DNA of 47,323 nt from Candidatus Humimicrobiales bacterium (GCA_038320085.1 JBBQDW010000001.1:1-47323); one strand, 5' to 3'. Shown: positions 10,746-20,212, counted from the stretch's first letter. Notes: generated by a model not told the origin, from the letters alone. Translations and numbers: made by a program.

Positions 10746-12266
10746 TTAACTAAATGATTTTTTAAAACGTTCGGTTATTGAAATTAACTTTTCTTCAAGT
10801 TCCTTGCTTATATCTTTTGTCTTTTTTAACTCTTCTATGATATCTGTTCCGGTGCTGTGTATGAATTCAAGGTATTCCTTTTCAAACCTTTGGAGCTTTT
10901 TTATCTCAATGTCATCAAGATGGCCCCTCGTTAACGCATATAGTATGAATATCTGGTCCTCAATGTCCATGGGCCTATACTGGCCCTGTTTAAGTACTTC
11001 TACCGTACGTTCACCCCTTGAAAGCTGCTTTCTTGTCTCCTTGTCAAGCTCGGTACCGAACTTGGCAAAAGTCTCAAGCTCCCTGTATTGCGCCAGATCG
11101 AGCCTTAGCATTCCGGCGACTTTTTTCATTGCGGGTATCTGCGCATTTCCTCCTACCCTTGATACTGAAACACCCGGGCTGATTGCCGGACGTATGCCTG
11201 CATTAAATAAATCTGACTCAAGATAGATCTGGCCGTCTGTTATGGAAATGACATTTGTCGGTATATATGCCGAAATATCCCCGGCTTTAGTTTCGATAAC
11301 AGGAATGGCTGTTAAGGAACCTCCGCCCTTTTCATCAGAAAGTTTTGCCGCCCTTTCAAGAAGCCTTGAATGCAGGTAAAAAATATCTCCGGGATATGCT
11401 TCCCTTCCCGGCGGGCGTCTTAGCAGAAGTGATATCTGCCTGTAGGCAACCGCATGTTTTGAAAGGTCATCATATACTACAAGCGCATGTTTGCCATTAT
11501 ACATGAAATACTCGCCGACTGCGCACCCGGCGTATGGAGCAATATACTGCAATGATGCGGGAGTTCGGGCAGTTGCGCTGACAATGACCGTGTAATCCAT
11601 TGCTCCGTGCTCCTCGAGTTTTTCTATCAGCCGCGCGATTGTCGATGTCTTTTGGCCTATGGCAACATATATGCAGATTACATCCTTGCCTTTCTGGTTT
11701 AAAATGGTATCTGTAAGAATTGCAGATTTGCCTATGCTCCTGTCACCAATTACAAGTTCCCTCTGGCCGCGGCCAATAGGAATCATTGAGTCAATTGCCT
11801 TTATTCCTGTCTGCAGGGGCTCTTTTACCGGCTGTCTGTCAACAACACCCGGTGCAGTAAACTCCACGGGCCAGAAATCTTTATTTTTTATAGGGCCCTT
11901 ATTGTCAAGCGGATTACCAAGAGGGTCGATGACTCTGCCGATAAGCTCTTCGCCGGCGGGTATCTGCAGAATGTTGCCCGTACATTTTACGGGGTCGCCT
12001 TCCTGTATTTTCTCAAAATTGCCTAAGATTATTGCCCCGATCTCCTTCCTGTCAAGGTTTAGCGCAACTCCGAATACCTTATCAGGAAATTCCAGCATTT
12101 CTCCGGCCATTGCCCTTGGAAGCCCGCTGACCCTGGCTATTCCGTCACCGGCTTCCAGGACCATACCCACTTCTTCTACTATTATTTCCCTTTTGTATTT
12201 ATCAATTTCCGAGCTTATAAGTGCAGCGATTTTTTCGGATTTAATTTTCAATGCCAAAGTCTTCAC
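10746..12266 (-). CDS. atpA: F1 ATP synthase alpha subunit
   Basis: Walker [10 protein letters not shown], plus the VYDDLSKHA and ITDGQIYLE motifs. The track start is a GTG that overlaps atpH by 26 nt. A TTG start a few codons downstream, preceded by GGGGTGA, is equally plausible. Confidence 0.95.
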   Translation of the reverse strand: MKTLALKIKSEKIAALISSEIDKYKREIIVEEVGMVLEAGDGIARVSGLPRAMAGEMLEFPDKVFGVALNLDRKEIGAIILGNFEKIQEGDPVKCTGNILQIPAGEELIGRVIDPLGNPLDNKGPIKNKDFWPVEFTAPGVVDRQPVKEPLQTGIKAIDSMIPIGRGQRELVIGDRSIGKSAILTDTILNQKGKDVICIYVAIGQKTSTIARLIEKLEEHGAMDYTVIVSATARTPASLQYIAPYAGCAVGEYFMYNGKHALVVYDDLSKHAVAYRQISLLLRRPPGREAYPGDIFYLHSRLLERAAKLSDEKGGGSLTAIPVIETKAGDISAYIPTNVISITDGQIYLESDLFNAGIRPAISPGVSVSRVGGNAQIPAMKKVAGMLRLDLAQYRELETFAKFGTELDKETRKQLSRGERTVEVLKQGQYRPMDIEDQIFILYALTRGHLDDIEIKKLQRFEKEYLEFIHSTGTDIIEELKKTKDISKELEEKLISITERFKKSFS

Positions 12267-12840
12267 CCCTGAGTTCCAAAGCTTTTAATTTTGATTTTAA
12301 GTCTTCGATTTTATTTTTAACGCTTAGGTCGATTATGCGTTCGCCTATCCTGATAAGCAAACCCCCTATTATGCTCTTGTCTACTGTATTTTGCACCCTT
12401 ACATCAAGTCCCGTTTTACTGTCAACATCCTTCTTGATTTCCATGATTAATTTCTCGTCCAGTTCAATTGCGCTTATCACCTCAATAGACACTTGTTTTT
12501 TAAACTGGTTGGTAAGCTCTATGTAATCTTTATATATCTGTTCCGTATAATCCAGCGCATCAAACAGTATTATCATTGCAGAAATTGTCTTAATGGACCG
12601 GGTTGAGTCATCACCAAGGATATTTAACAAGGATTTGATTTTTTCAGCGCTCTGAATTGCGGGGTCTGAAAGATATTTTTTCAGGTCCAGATTAAAAATG
12701 ACTTCATCTTTTAGCTGGCCCAGCTCATTTTCAACCCTGTCAACCGCATTTTCTGACCTTGCCAGATTAAAAACTGCATTGGCATAATAGTTTGATTTAA
12801 ATTCTTTTGTCTGGCTGGCTTTTTCCAATTTTAAGGACAT
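12241..12840 (-). CDS. atpH: F1 ATP synthase delta (OSCP) subunit
   Basis: Called from position between atpF and atpA, size (199 aa), and the C-terminal IIGGL.IR.G...ID.S...K pattern. Confidence 0.8.
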   Translation of the reverse strand: MSLKLEKASQTKEFKSNYYANAVFNLARSENAVDRVENELGQLKDEVIFNLDLKKYLSDPAIQSAEKIKSLLNILGDDSTRSIKTISAMIILFDALDYTEQIYKDYIELTNQFKKQVSIEVISAIELDEKLIMEIKKDVDSKTGLDVRVQNTVDKSIIGGLLIRIGERIIDLSVKNKIEDLKSKLKALELRGEDFGIEN

Positions 12841-12854
12841 CTCCTTTTTTTAAC

Positions 12855-13370
12855 TTATATTTTCTGAACTTCCTTCAGACTCTCCTCGATTAATTTTTTG
12901 TGCTCTTCTTCGGAAAGGCTTTTCCCTATTATCCTCTCGGTTGCATCCATCGCGATTTCAACTATCTGGTTTTTAACCGCAATTATGGACCTGTCTCTTT
13001 CAGCTTTTATTTCTTCAAGCGCTGACTCCAAAATAGTCCTGGATTTCTCACTTGCTTTGTCTTCAATCTCCTCTTTTATTTTACGCGCAGCCACCTTGCT
13101 GTCTTCTATGATCTGGCGAGCCTCTTTTTTTGCGGCATCCAGCTGCAGCTTCTGGCCCTCTATAAATTCCTGCGCTTCCTGTCTCTGCCTGTCTGCAATA
13201 TTTACAGCTTCCTGGATCTCTTCCTGCCTCTTTACCATCATCTTGTTTACAGGTTTAAAAACAAATCTCCAAAGGACGACTATAAGGATCACAAACACTA
13301 TCACTGACCAGAAGACAGTACTGGTCATTGGATTTATTATGTTCAGCACTTCTTCCAAGTTATTTCTCAC
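12855..13370 (-). CDS. atpF: Fo ATP synthase b subunit
   Basis: A single N-terminal TM helix followed by a long charged coiled-coil (QEEIQEAVNIADRQRQEAQE...). Operon position is consistent. Confidence 0.8.
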   Translation of the reverse strand: MRNNLEEVLNIINPMTSTVFWSVIVFVILIVVLWRFVFKPVNKMMVKRQEEIQEAVNIADRQRQEAQEFIEGQKLQLDAAKKEARQIIEDSKVAARKIKEEIEDKASEKSRTILESALEEIKAERDRSIIAVKNQIVEIAMDATERIIGKSLSEEEHKKLIEESLKEVQKI

Positions 13371-13412
13371 CTCTTATTAAATTAAAATAATACAAACAAA
13401 ATCCCCGGCTTT

Positions 13413-13643
13413 TTATGCTACAAATATTAACAGGAACGCAACAACCAATGCATACAGGGATATAGCTTCTGCAAAGGCAATGCCGATAAACATCGCTGTG
13501 TTTATCTGGCTCCCGGCTTCGGGCTGCCTTGCTATTCCTTCCACGGCTTTACCCACCAGGTTGCCTATTGCGATTCCCGGACCGATAGATCCAACTCCCA
13601 TGCAAAATCCGGCTGCCAGTAATGCTGCTACTTTCGGATCCAT
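13413..13643 (-). CDS. atpE: Fo ATP synthase c subunit
   Basis: 76-aa hairpin with an ARQPE loop and the carboxylate in FAEAISLYALV. Confidence 0.9.
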   Translation of the reverse strand: MDPKVAALLAAGFCMGVGSIGPGIAIGNLVGKAVEGIARQPEAGSQINTAMFIGIAFAEAISLYALVVAFLLIFVA

Positions 13644-13718
13644 AATAATTCCTCCTGACTTTATTTAAATTGATATATTACTAAAATTTTTCTTCACACC
13701 AAACACCGCACCTTTCAA

Positions 13719-14453
13719 TCAGTGCTTCGGGTTAACTGCCTCTCCAATGTAAAGAGCGGTTAAAATTGCAAAAACATATGCCTGTACCGCCGATACAAAA
13801 ATTTCAAGGATCATCATAACAAGGGCAAAAGGTACTGCCGCTATAGCGATAAAATATGTCTTGAAATAAATTATAAGTCCGAGAATAACATACAGTATGG
13901 TATGTCCCGCAAGCATATTGGCCATAAGTCGTATAAACAGCGAAAATGGTTTTGCTATTGCGCTTATAAGCTCGATAGGCACAACAATTACGAGCATCCA
14001 TTTCGGGACAGAAGACGGCGCATAAGTTTTTAAGTACCGCCATCCATTTTTTGCAAGATTTGTTATGTGCACCGTGAAAAACACAATAAGTGCAAGTGTA
14101 AGCGGCACTATCGGATTGGAAGTCGGTGTATATGTCCCCGGAACAAGGCCTATCATATTATTTGCAAGCACGAAGATAAAAACACCTGCAACAAACGGCA
14201 CCCACTTGTCAAATTCCTTCGGACCGATCATGTTAAAACAGATACCCTTTCTCACAAAATTTATCAGAAGCTCGACAACAACCTGCTTTTTGCCCGGTAC
14301 CTTTTTAGGATTTGCGGCAAAGATTATCAAAAGAATTAAAAATATCCCAACACCGGCAAACATCGAAAGGGTAAGATTGGTAATGGAAATATCAAAGGAA
14401 CCTATCTTTATGGGTATTATTACTTTCTGGTAAAAATGCTCTAATACTACCAA
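13719..14453 (-). CDS. atpB: Fo ATP synthase a subunit
   Basis: 244-aa polytopic protein with the conserved LFIRLMANMLAGH arginine motif. TTG start with GGAG 6 nt upstream. Confidence 0.9.
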   Translation of the reverse strand: MVVLEHFYQKVIIPIKIGSFDISITNLTLSMFAGVGIFLILLIIFAANPKKVPGKKQVVVELLINFVRKGICFNMIGPKEFDKWVPFVAGVFIFVLANNMIGLVPGTYTPTSNPIVPLTLALIVFFTVHITNLAKNGWRYLKTYAPSSVPKWMLVIVVPIELISAIAKPFSLFIRLMANMLAGHTILYVILGLIIYFKTYFIAIAAVPFALVMMILEIFVSAVQAYVFAILTALYIGEAVNPKH

Positions 14454-14494
14454 TTAATTCTCCATTTTTTTTACTTATATATATTATTATTATT

Positions 14495-14597
14495 TAGTTC
14501 TTGCTGAATAATTACCGAAAATTCAATAAAACTAAATAATCTGTGCTTGAAAAACTAAAAAATTCCAATAAAATATTGAATTATTCAGCAAGAACTA
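14495..14597 (-). repeat. Perfect 19-bp inverted repeat (65-nt loop) in the atpI-atpB spacer
   Basis: TAGTTCTTGCTGAATAATT at 14495-14513 is the exact reverse complement of AATTATTCAGCAAGAACTA at 14579-14597. Confidence 0.85.
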
Positions 14598-14631
14598 TTT
14601 AAAAACTATAATACCTTTATAAAATAATATT

Positions 14632-15024
14632 TTAGTTTTTATAAAAAAGCATCCTTTTATATATCAGGAAAATTTCAAGATTTAAAAATAACGTGAAAAA
14701 AATCAAAAAAGAAATCAGCAGATACCAGATATTTACATGAAAAAACTTTTCTGTTAAATAAAACACTGCTGCTGACACTGCCACTTTTGCAAAAAAAATA
14801 AAAAGCAGGTATTTTAGCTTGTTTTGCGGTTGGGCATTTGCCGCTTTTAAATAGACCAGCAAAGTAGCCATAAAGAAAAATAAGGTCAGAAGCCCGCTTA
14901 TAAGAATGCCTAAAAAATCCTGGAACCTGCCCCATAAAATAAAAAAGCAAGCCGCTTCTACCACTAATGTGGCCGCAAAAGATATTATTGCAATTTTTCT
15001 GATTCTGGTGAAGTCCTGATTCAT
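14632..15024 (-). CDS. Small four-helix membrane protein, putative AtpI-like ATP synthase accessory protein
   Basis: 130 aa and strongly hydrophobic, placed immediately upstream of atpB like atpI. No diagnostic motif was recognised, so the call rests on position and topology. Confidence 0.45.
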   Translation of the reverse strand: MNQDFTRIRKIAIISFAATLVVEAACFFILWGRFQDFLGILISGLLTLFFFMATLLVYLKAANAQPQNKLKYLLFIFFAKVAVSAAVFYLTEKFFHVNIWYLLISFLIFFTLFLNLEIFLIYKRMLFYKN

Positions 15025-15038
15025 AACAATAAAATGGC

Positions 15039-16058
15039 TTAGTGTTTAAAAAAACTCCCGGCCTTCATATATTCTGCTGTATATTCGGGTGTAGTGATAC
15101 AGATATCAATACCTGTTGCTATCTCAAAACCAGCCTTAATGCTTAGCTTTGGTTCAAGTTCCAAATGCCAGTGGTAGTGGCTGTCTGGGGTGCTTCCCAG
15201 GGTCCCGGTGTGTATATAATAATTAAAGGGAGGGTTATTTAAATCAATATAAAAGAAATCTACCAGCATCTTAAGGCATTGCGCAAATAAATCTGCCTGC
15301 AGCTCGGAAATATTTTCAAAATTTGAATCATGCCGCCTGGGGATTATCCATGTTTCAAATGGATTTCTTGACGCATAGGGCTGAAGTATAACAAATTCTT
15401 TATTTCCGTAAACGATCCTCTTGTCTTCTTTTGTCTCAAAATTGATTATGTCGCACATTGCGCATCTGTGATTTTGGTTAAAATAGCTTCTCGTCCTGGA
15501 TATTTCATGCATTAGCCTGGGCGGTGTAAGGGGAAGCGCGAAAATCTGGGAATGCGAATGTTCAAGTGATGCTCCGGCTTCTTTTCCCTGGTTTAACATT
15601 ATAATAACACTTTCGATCCTGCTGTCTTTTTTAATCGCGCAAAGCCTTTTTTTATAAACAGAAACAAGCAGCCTCATTTGCTCATAGCTTAGCTCGCTGA
15701 CATTAGTAATATGCTCAGGGCTCTGAACGACGACTTCATGGAGCCCGAATCCATCCATTAGCATATATGGTCCGTATTGCCGTGAAAAAGGAAGAGCGTT
15801 CGGGATTAGGGCAGGAAATTTATTCGGCACAACCCTTATCTGCCACTGGCTGTCTTTATCGACTTCATTACCCTGGCTGTCTAACCTCAAAATCTCAGGC
15901 GGTGTCATGGATTCATTGCCCCTGTCAAAAGGGCAGACACTCAATGCCTTGTTTTCTACTTTTACAATCAGCTCTTTAAAGTTTTCGGGCCTTTTTGCAC
16001 GCTCGGTTGCAATTATCACCCACTCATCCAAAATTATATCTTTTCTGTATTCCGGCAA
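15039..16058 (-). CDS. GalT-family (HIT superfamily branch III) hexose-1-phosphate nucleotidyltransferase / NDP-sugar phosphorylase
   Basis: 339 aa. It shows the N-terminal CPF(D)RGNE knuckle, the active-site LEHSHSQIFALP (HxHxQ), and a second half-domain HYHWHLE. Confidence 0.8.
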   Translation of the reverse strand: MPEYRKDIILDEWVIIATERAKRPENFKELIVKVENKALSVCPFDRGNESMTPPEILRLDSQGNEVDKDSQWQIRVVPNKFPALIPNALPFSRQYGPYMLMDGFGLHEVVVQSPEHITNVSELSYEQMRLLVSVYKKRLCAIKKDSRIESVIIMLNQGKEAGASLEHSHSQIFALPLTPPRLMHEISRTRSYFNQNHRCAMCDIINFETKEDKRIVYGNKEFVILQPYASRNPFETWIIPRRHDSNFENISELQADLFAQCLKMLVDFFYIDLNNPPFNYYIHTGTLGSTPDSHYHWHLELEPKLSIKAGFEIATGIDICITTPEYTAEYMKAGSFFKH

Positions 16059-16108
16059 TTTTTTCCCCCAAAAACATTAAAACAATCGGCTATGTTTTTT
16101 AGATAAAG

Positions 16109-16265
16109 TTGTTAAAGCTGTCAATTCTGTACAAGCTTACTTCTGTACAAGCTTACTTTTGTAAAAGTTTATTATTGTAAAGCTTGCTTTTGTAAATCTC
16201 AATTCTGTAAAGCTCTAGTTTTTAAAAGCTCTAGTTTTTAAAAGCTCACTTTTGCAAAAGTTCAC
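16109..16265 (-). repeat. About ten degenerate 15-17-nt tandem units running from the last codons of the receiver gene into the spacer upstream of the GalT-like gene
   Basis: Plus-strand units: TTCTGTACAAGCTTAC x2, TTTTGTAAAAGTTTATTA, TTGTAAAGCTTGC, TTTTGTAAATCTCAA, TTCTGTAAAGCTCTAG, TTTTTAAAAGCTCTAG, TTTTTAAAAGCTCAC and TTTTGCAAAAGTTCAC. The last unit encodes SELLQK. Confidence 0.85.
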
Positions 16266-16599
16266 TTACCCTTTTTTTGAATTCTGTCAGATCGGATGAT
16301 TTTACAAGATATTCATCTGCTGCCCATGTAGAAAAATTTTGGGTAAACTCTCCGTAAGCAGAATAAATAATAATCGGAATTTCTTTATCTTCTTTTCTTA
16401 TTTTATCAAGCAGCTCAAGTCCGTTCATGTTCGGCATCTTTATGTCTATTGTTATAAGATCGGGTTTTTGCTCTTTAAACATTTCATAGCCTGCTACTCC
16501 ATCGGGGGCGGTAACCACCACGTAGCCTTCGTCTATAAGTTCTTCTTTATATAAATTCCTTATCGGCATATCATCTTCAACAACAAGAATCTTTTTCAT
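16246..16599 (-). CDS. Single-domain response regulator (CheY-like receiver, no output domain)
   Basis: 117 aa. MKKILVVEDD acidic pocket, phospho-acceptor in ITIDIKMPNMNG, and the conserved K in EYLVKS. Confidence 0.85.
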   Translation of the reverse strand: MKKILVVEDDMPIRNLYKEELIDEGYVVVTAPDGVAGYEMFKEQKPDLITIDIKMPNMNGLELLDKIRKEDKEIPIIIYSAYGEFTQNFSTWAADEYLVKSSDLTEFKKRVSELLQK

Positions 16600-16671
16600 T
16601 TAAACCCCCAAAATATTAAAAGCTTTTCATCGCTATTGTATATAATATTATTAATAATTCAATTAAAATTT

Positions 16672-18516
16672 TTATGTTAATGCCGGCTGCTGCACTTGAG
16701 TTGACTGCAGTACCGGCAACTTTATTGTAAACGTTGTTCCGGTCTCAGCGTCGCTGGACACATCGATTGTCCCCTTATGCTGCTCTATTATTTTTTTTGT
16801 TATTGTAAGGCCAAGCCCGGTACCCTTTGACTTTGTGGTATAAAATGGAATAAAAATATTGTTAACATCCACTTCTTTTGCCAGTTTTGCTTTGTTGTTG
16901 ACCTTAATAACAAGAAAGTTGTTTTCATTTTCCGTTTCGGGAAAAATCTCGATACTTACAACCTCTCTTGTCTCACTTGCTTCAATTGCATTATTAAAAA
17001 CATTTATGAAGGCCTGCTTTAAGCGGTCATAAGAACCCTGAATAAAGATATAACCGTTTTTAATTAGTTCTGAGCCTGATTTGATATCTATACTTATATT
17101 GCTCTGTTCGGCAGAAATGCCTGTAAGGTTTATACAATCAAGAAGCAGGCCGCAAATATTAAAATCCTTAAATTGTGTTTTCCCTGCAGTTGCAAATTCA
17201 AGTGTATCGTTTACAATTTTTTCAAGTCTTGCTACTTCATTTATAATGATTTCAATGTTTTCAGGGTTTATTTCCTGTTTTTCCATATATTTCTTTTTTA
17301 TCCTGTTGGCATAGCCGCCGATTGCAATAAGCGGATTTCTTATCTCATGCGCTATTGTGGCAGAAAGCTTGCCGAGCTCTGAGAGCCTTTTTGCTTCATT
17401 TAGGGACTGCTCAAGCTTTACTGTTTTTGTGACATCTTCTATTATTATTAAAACACCTTCCGGCGTTTCTTCTGAAAACTTAAACGGTACAAGAATCACA
17501 TCAAAAACACTGTTGCTTTTATGGCTTTGAAATTTTATATTTACTTTATAAAACCCCTGCACCCTCTTGTTAGCCAGGATAGATGAGACCTCTTCCGCCA
17601 GGTCGACACTGTCTATATAAATCATCCCGGCAGAAATCTTTTTTCCACATATCTGCGCTTTGTCCGTTCCCATTATACCTGCACTGTTTTCATTACACAT
17701 TGTAACAGTCATATTATGGTCAAGGACAATTATGCTTACAGGGATGCTTTCAAGTATTTTCTCATTGTATTCTTTAAGGTATTTATGCTTGAGGTTTAGT
17801 TTTGCAAGCGCATTTAAGCTGTCCTTAAGATCATTATAGATTATAGTATTTCTTATTGAAGATGCTGCAAACTGGCTCAGCATCAGCAGGAAATTTATAT
17901 CTTCACTCTTTATCTGCCGGTGGTTATATTTATTGTCAACTATCATTACCCCGACTTTTCTTGTACGGCTTATCAAAGGTATGATACAGAATTTGGGGTA
18001 ATCAAGGTAATCCAGGAGGTTTTGCTCGAAAAGACAGATATCGGATACTACCGGGTTATCTTCTGAAACAGAGACATTTTGTGTCAGGTCGACATTTCTT
18101 GGGATACCATCCTGAAGACACATAAAAAGGATTTTTTCCGGGTCTATATCAATCCTGATTTTCCGGACTTCTTCATACAACTTTGAGCTTGCATACTGGG
18201 CCTCAAATTTTTCAGACATCAATAATTCCTCAAGCGGCACACTTTTCTGCTGGATATCGGCCCAAATCTGCCAGGCTTCCTCAAGAGTTGCCGGACCTAT
18301 CGCCATTCTGCCGACCAGGTGCTTTGCCTGCCTGTCCGTCAAAAACAAAAAGGCCCTGTTAAAGCCAAAACCGTCACCAAAAGTAACCCCGGTAAGTATT
18401 ATCCTTAAAATCTTATTCAAATCAAGAGTCGAAGAGACAGTCTTTGCAATCTGATTTAAGATACTATACTGCCTTAAGATATCCTGGTAATTTTTTATCT
18501 GTTCATCGCTGCTCAA
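16672..18516 (-). CDS. Cytoplasmic sensor histidine kinase (GAF - PAS - HisKA - HATPase_c)
   Basis: 614 aa with no obvious TM segments. H-box TIAHEIRNPL, N-box NVFNNAIEA, G-boxes TKSKGTGLGL and GTTFTIKLP. The N-terminal region is GAF-like. The TTG start overlaps the glgA stop (ATTTGAGC). Confidence 0.85.
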   Translation of the reverse strand: MSSDEQIKNYQDILRQYSILNQIAKTVSSTLDLNKILRIILTGVTFGDGFGFNRAFLFLTDRQAKHLVGRMAIGPATLEEAWQIWADIQQKSVPLEELLMSEKFEAQYASSKLYEEVRKIRIDIDPEKILFMCLQDGIPRNVDLTQNVSVSEDNPVVSDICLFEQNLLDYLDYPKFCIIPLISRTRKVGVMIVDNKYNHRQIKSEDINFLLMLSQFAASSIRNTIIYNDLKDSLNALAKLNLKHKYLKEYNEKILESIPVSIIVLDHNMTVTMCNENSAGIMGTDKAQICGKKISAGMIYIDSVDLAEEVSSILANKRVQGFYKVNIKFQSHKSNSVFDVILVPFKFSEETPEGVLIIIEDVTKTVKLEQSLNEAKRLSELGKLSATIAHEIRNPLIAIGGYANRIKKKYMEKQEINPENIEIIINEVARLEKIVNDTLEFATAGKTQFKDFNICGLLLDCINLTGISAEQSNISIDIKSGSELIKNGYIFIQGSYDRLKQAFINVFNNAIEASETREVVSIEIFPETENENNFLVIKVNNKAKLAKEVDVNNIFIPFYTTKSKGTGLGLTITKKIIEQHKGTIDVSSDAETGTTFTIKLPVLQSTQVQQPALT

Positions 18517-20069
18517 ATTTTTCTCCCGCGCCCGATACTTTCGTATAGTTCCTTATATTTTCCTGCAGAATAATCCCAGGAAAAATCACAATCCATTCCG
18601 TTTTTAACTATTTTGCTCCATAGCCTTTTATCGTAATAAAAATCAATTGCTGTTTTTAATGCTATATAAAATGCGTCCGCCGCATACTCAGTAAACATAA
18701 AACCCTGCCCGCCTTTATCAATATCTTCGGGATTTTTTATGTCAATTATAGTATCGGCAAGCCCTCCGGTATTTCTTACTACCGGTATAGTACCATACTT
18801 AAGGCTTATAAGCTGCCCTAATCCACATGGCTCATAATTTGACGGCATGAGGAAAATATCGGACCCTGAATATATCTGTCTTGAAAATTTGTCTGAATAC
18901 CCGATAGTCAGGCTGAACTTATCCTTATATCCTGCCTGCATTTCCATAAGGATATTATGGTATTTTTCTTCGCCGGTTCCAAGTATTACAACATACACAT
19001 CATTTTTCATGATATCTTCCATTGCGCCGGTTATAAGGTCAATCCCTTTTTGTTCTGAAAGCCTTGAGACCATTCCAATCAAAGGTTTGTCCGGATTGGT
19101 AGCCGGTTCGGATTTATTCTGCCCGTTATGAATATTTCCGTCGTCTCCGGCATCTCCAGCGGCTCCGGCGGCTCCGGAGGCTGCCATACCGAAGGCTTCC
19201 GAAATCAGGTTGTCCTTGCATTTTTTCTTGCCTGCCAGATCATTAATGCCGTAATTGGCAAATATTGCCTTGTCTTTGGCCGGGTCCCAGACTGTGTAAT
19301 CTATACCATTTATTATCCCCGAAAGATCTTCTGCCCTGCTTTTTAATGTATCCTCAAGGCGGTAGCCATAACGGCTTGTTAGGATTTCCTTAGAGTATGT
19401 CGGGCTTACCGTTGTGATTTTATCAGAGTAGACAATACCTGCTTTCATAAAATTGACATTTCCGTAAAATTCCAGTCCTTCCGATGTAAAATATTTACTG
19501 TCTATGCCGCATAACTCGAGTGTTTCGCTGCCATAGACGCCCTGGTATGCAAGATTGTGTATGGTAAAGACCGACTTTGTATCTTTGTAAGGGGTAGTTT
19601 TATCATTATTTTTAATATCATGCAAAAGCAGGGCAGCGAGCCCGAAATGATAGTCATGCAGATGGATTATGTCGGGAACAACTGATATAAGTTCCATGAC
19701 CTTAAAAATTGCTTTGGAAAAAAACCCAAACCTTAAGTTATTATCAGTATAATCGCCCTGTGCCGTGCCATAAAGATTTTCCCTGCCAAAAAGGCTGTCA
19801 TTTCTTACAAAATAAAAATCAACATTTTTTAAGGTGGTCCTATACAGGTCAAACTCTATATTTTCGCTGGCATTCATTTGTACCTTTGCACCTTTAGATA
19901 CCGTTTGCATGGGGTAATCTTTTTCAAATATGGATTTGTAGCCGGGCATTATAACAAACGTATCAACACCCTTGATTTTCAGTGCAGCCGGCAGAGCTCC
20001 TGCAACATCGGCAAGACCTCCGGTTTTTGCAAAAGGTACTGCTTCTGCCACGCATATTGCAACTTTCAT
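18513..20069 (-). CDS. glgA: Glycogen (starch) synthase, GT5
   Basis: MKVAICVAEAVPFAKTGGLADV (KTGGL motif), HLHDYH, and a C-terminal SNYEPCGL..L..L.YGT.P.V..TGGL. It has a Gly/Ala-rich ~30-aa insertion. Confidence 0.9.
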   Translation of the reverse strand: MKVAICVAEAVPFAKTGGLADVAGALPAALKIKGVDTFVIMPGYKSIFEKDYPMQTVSKGAKVQMNASENIEFDLYRTTLKNVDFYFVRNDSLFGRENLYGTAQGDYTDNNLRFGFFSKAIFKVMELISVVPDIIHLHDYHFGLAALLLHDIKNNDKTTPYKDTKSVFTIHNLAYQGVYGSETLELCGIDSKYFTSEGLEFYGNVNFMKAGIVYSDKITTVSPTYSKEILTSRYGYRLEDTLKSRAEDLSGIINGIDYTVWDPAKDKAIFANYGINDLAGKKKCKDNLISEAFGMAASGAAGAAGDAGDDGNIHNGQNKSEPATNPDKPLIGMVSRLSEQKGIDLITGAMEDIMKNDVYVVILGTGEEKYHNILMEMQAGYKDKFSLTIGYSDKFSRQIYSGSDIFLMPSNYEPCGLGQLISLKYGTIPVVRNTGGLADTIIDIKNPEDIDKGGQGFMFTEYAADAFYIALKTAIDFYYDKRLWSKIVKNGMDCDFSWDYSAGKYKELYESIGRGRKI

Positions 20070-20212
20070 TTTTAATCCCCTTTTTTAATTGTTATACTCA
20101 TAAAGGCGCCGGACAATAACTCTAATTGATTTAAGTTATTGATAATTTTATTATACAAATATACATTATCATAGTATTATTTCAGGTAAATTGTAAATGC
20201 TTTATTAACCAA

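Noticed and set aside
13413-13643. Possible Na+-translocating c-ring.
   Set aside because: The loop Gln (ARQPE) and a Tyr after the carboxylate are present. However, the residues following the Glu are Ala-Ile (FAEAISLY), not the Ser/Thr pair (ES/ET...) of Na+-binding c subunits. The motif resembles H+-type chloroplast/cyanobacterial c subunits.
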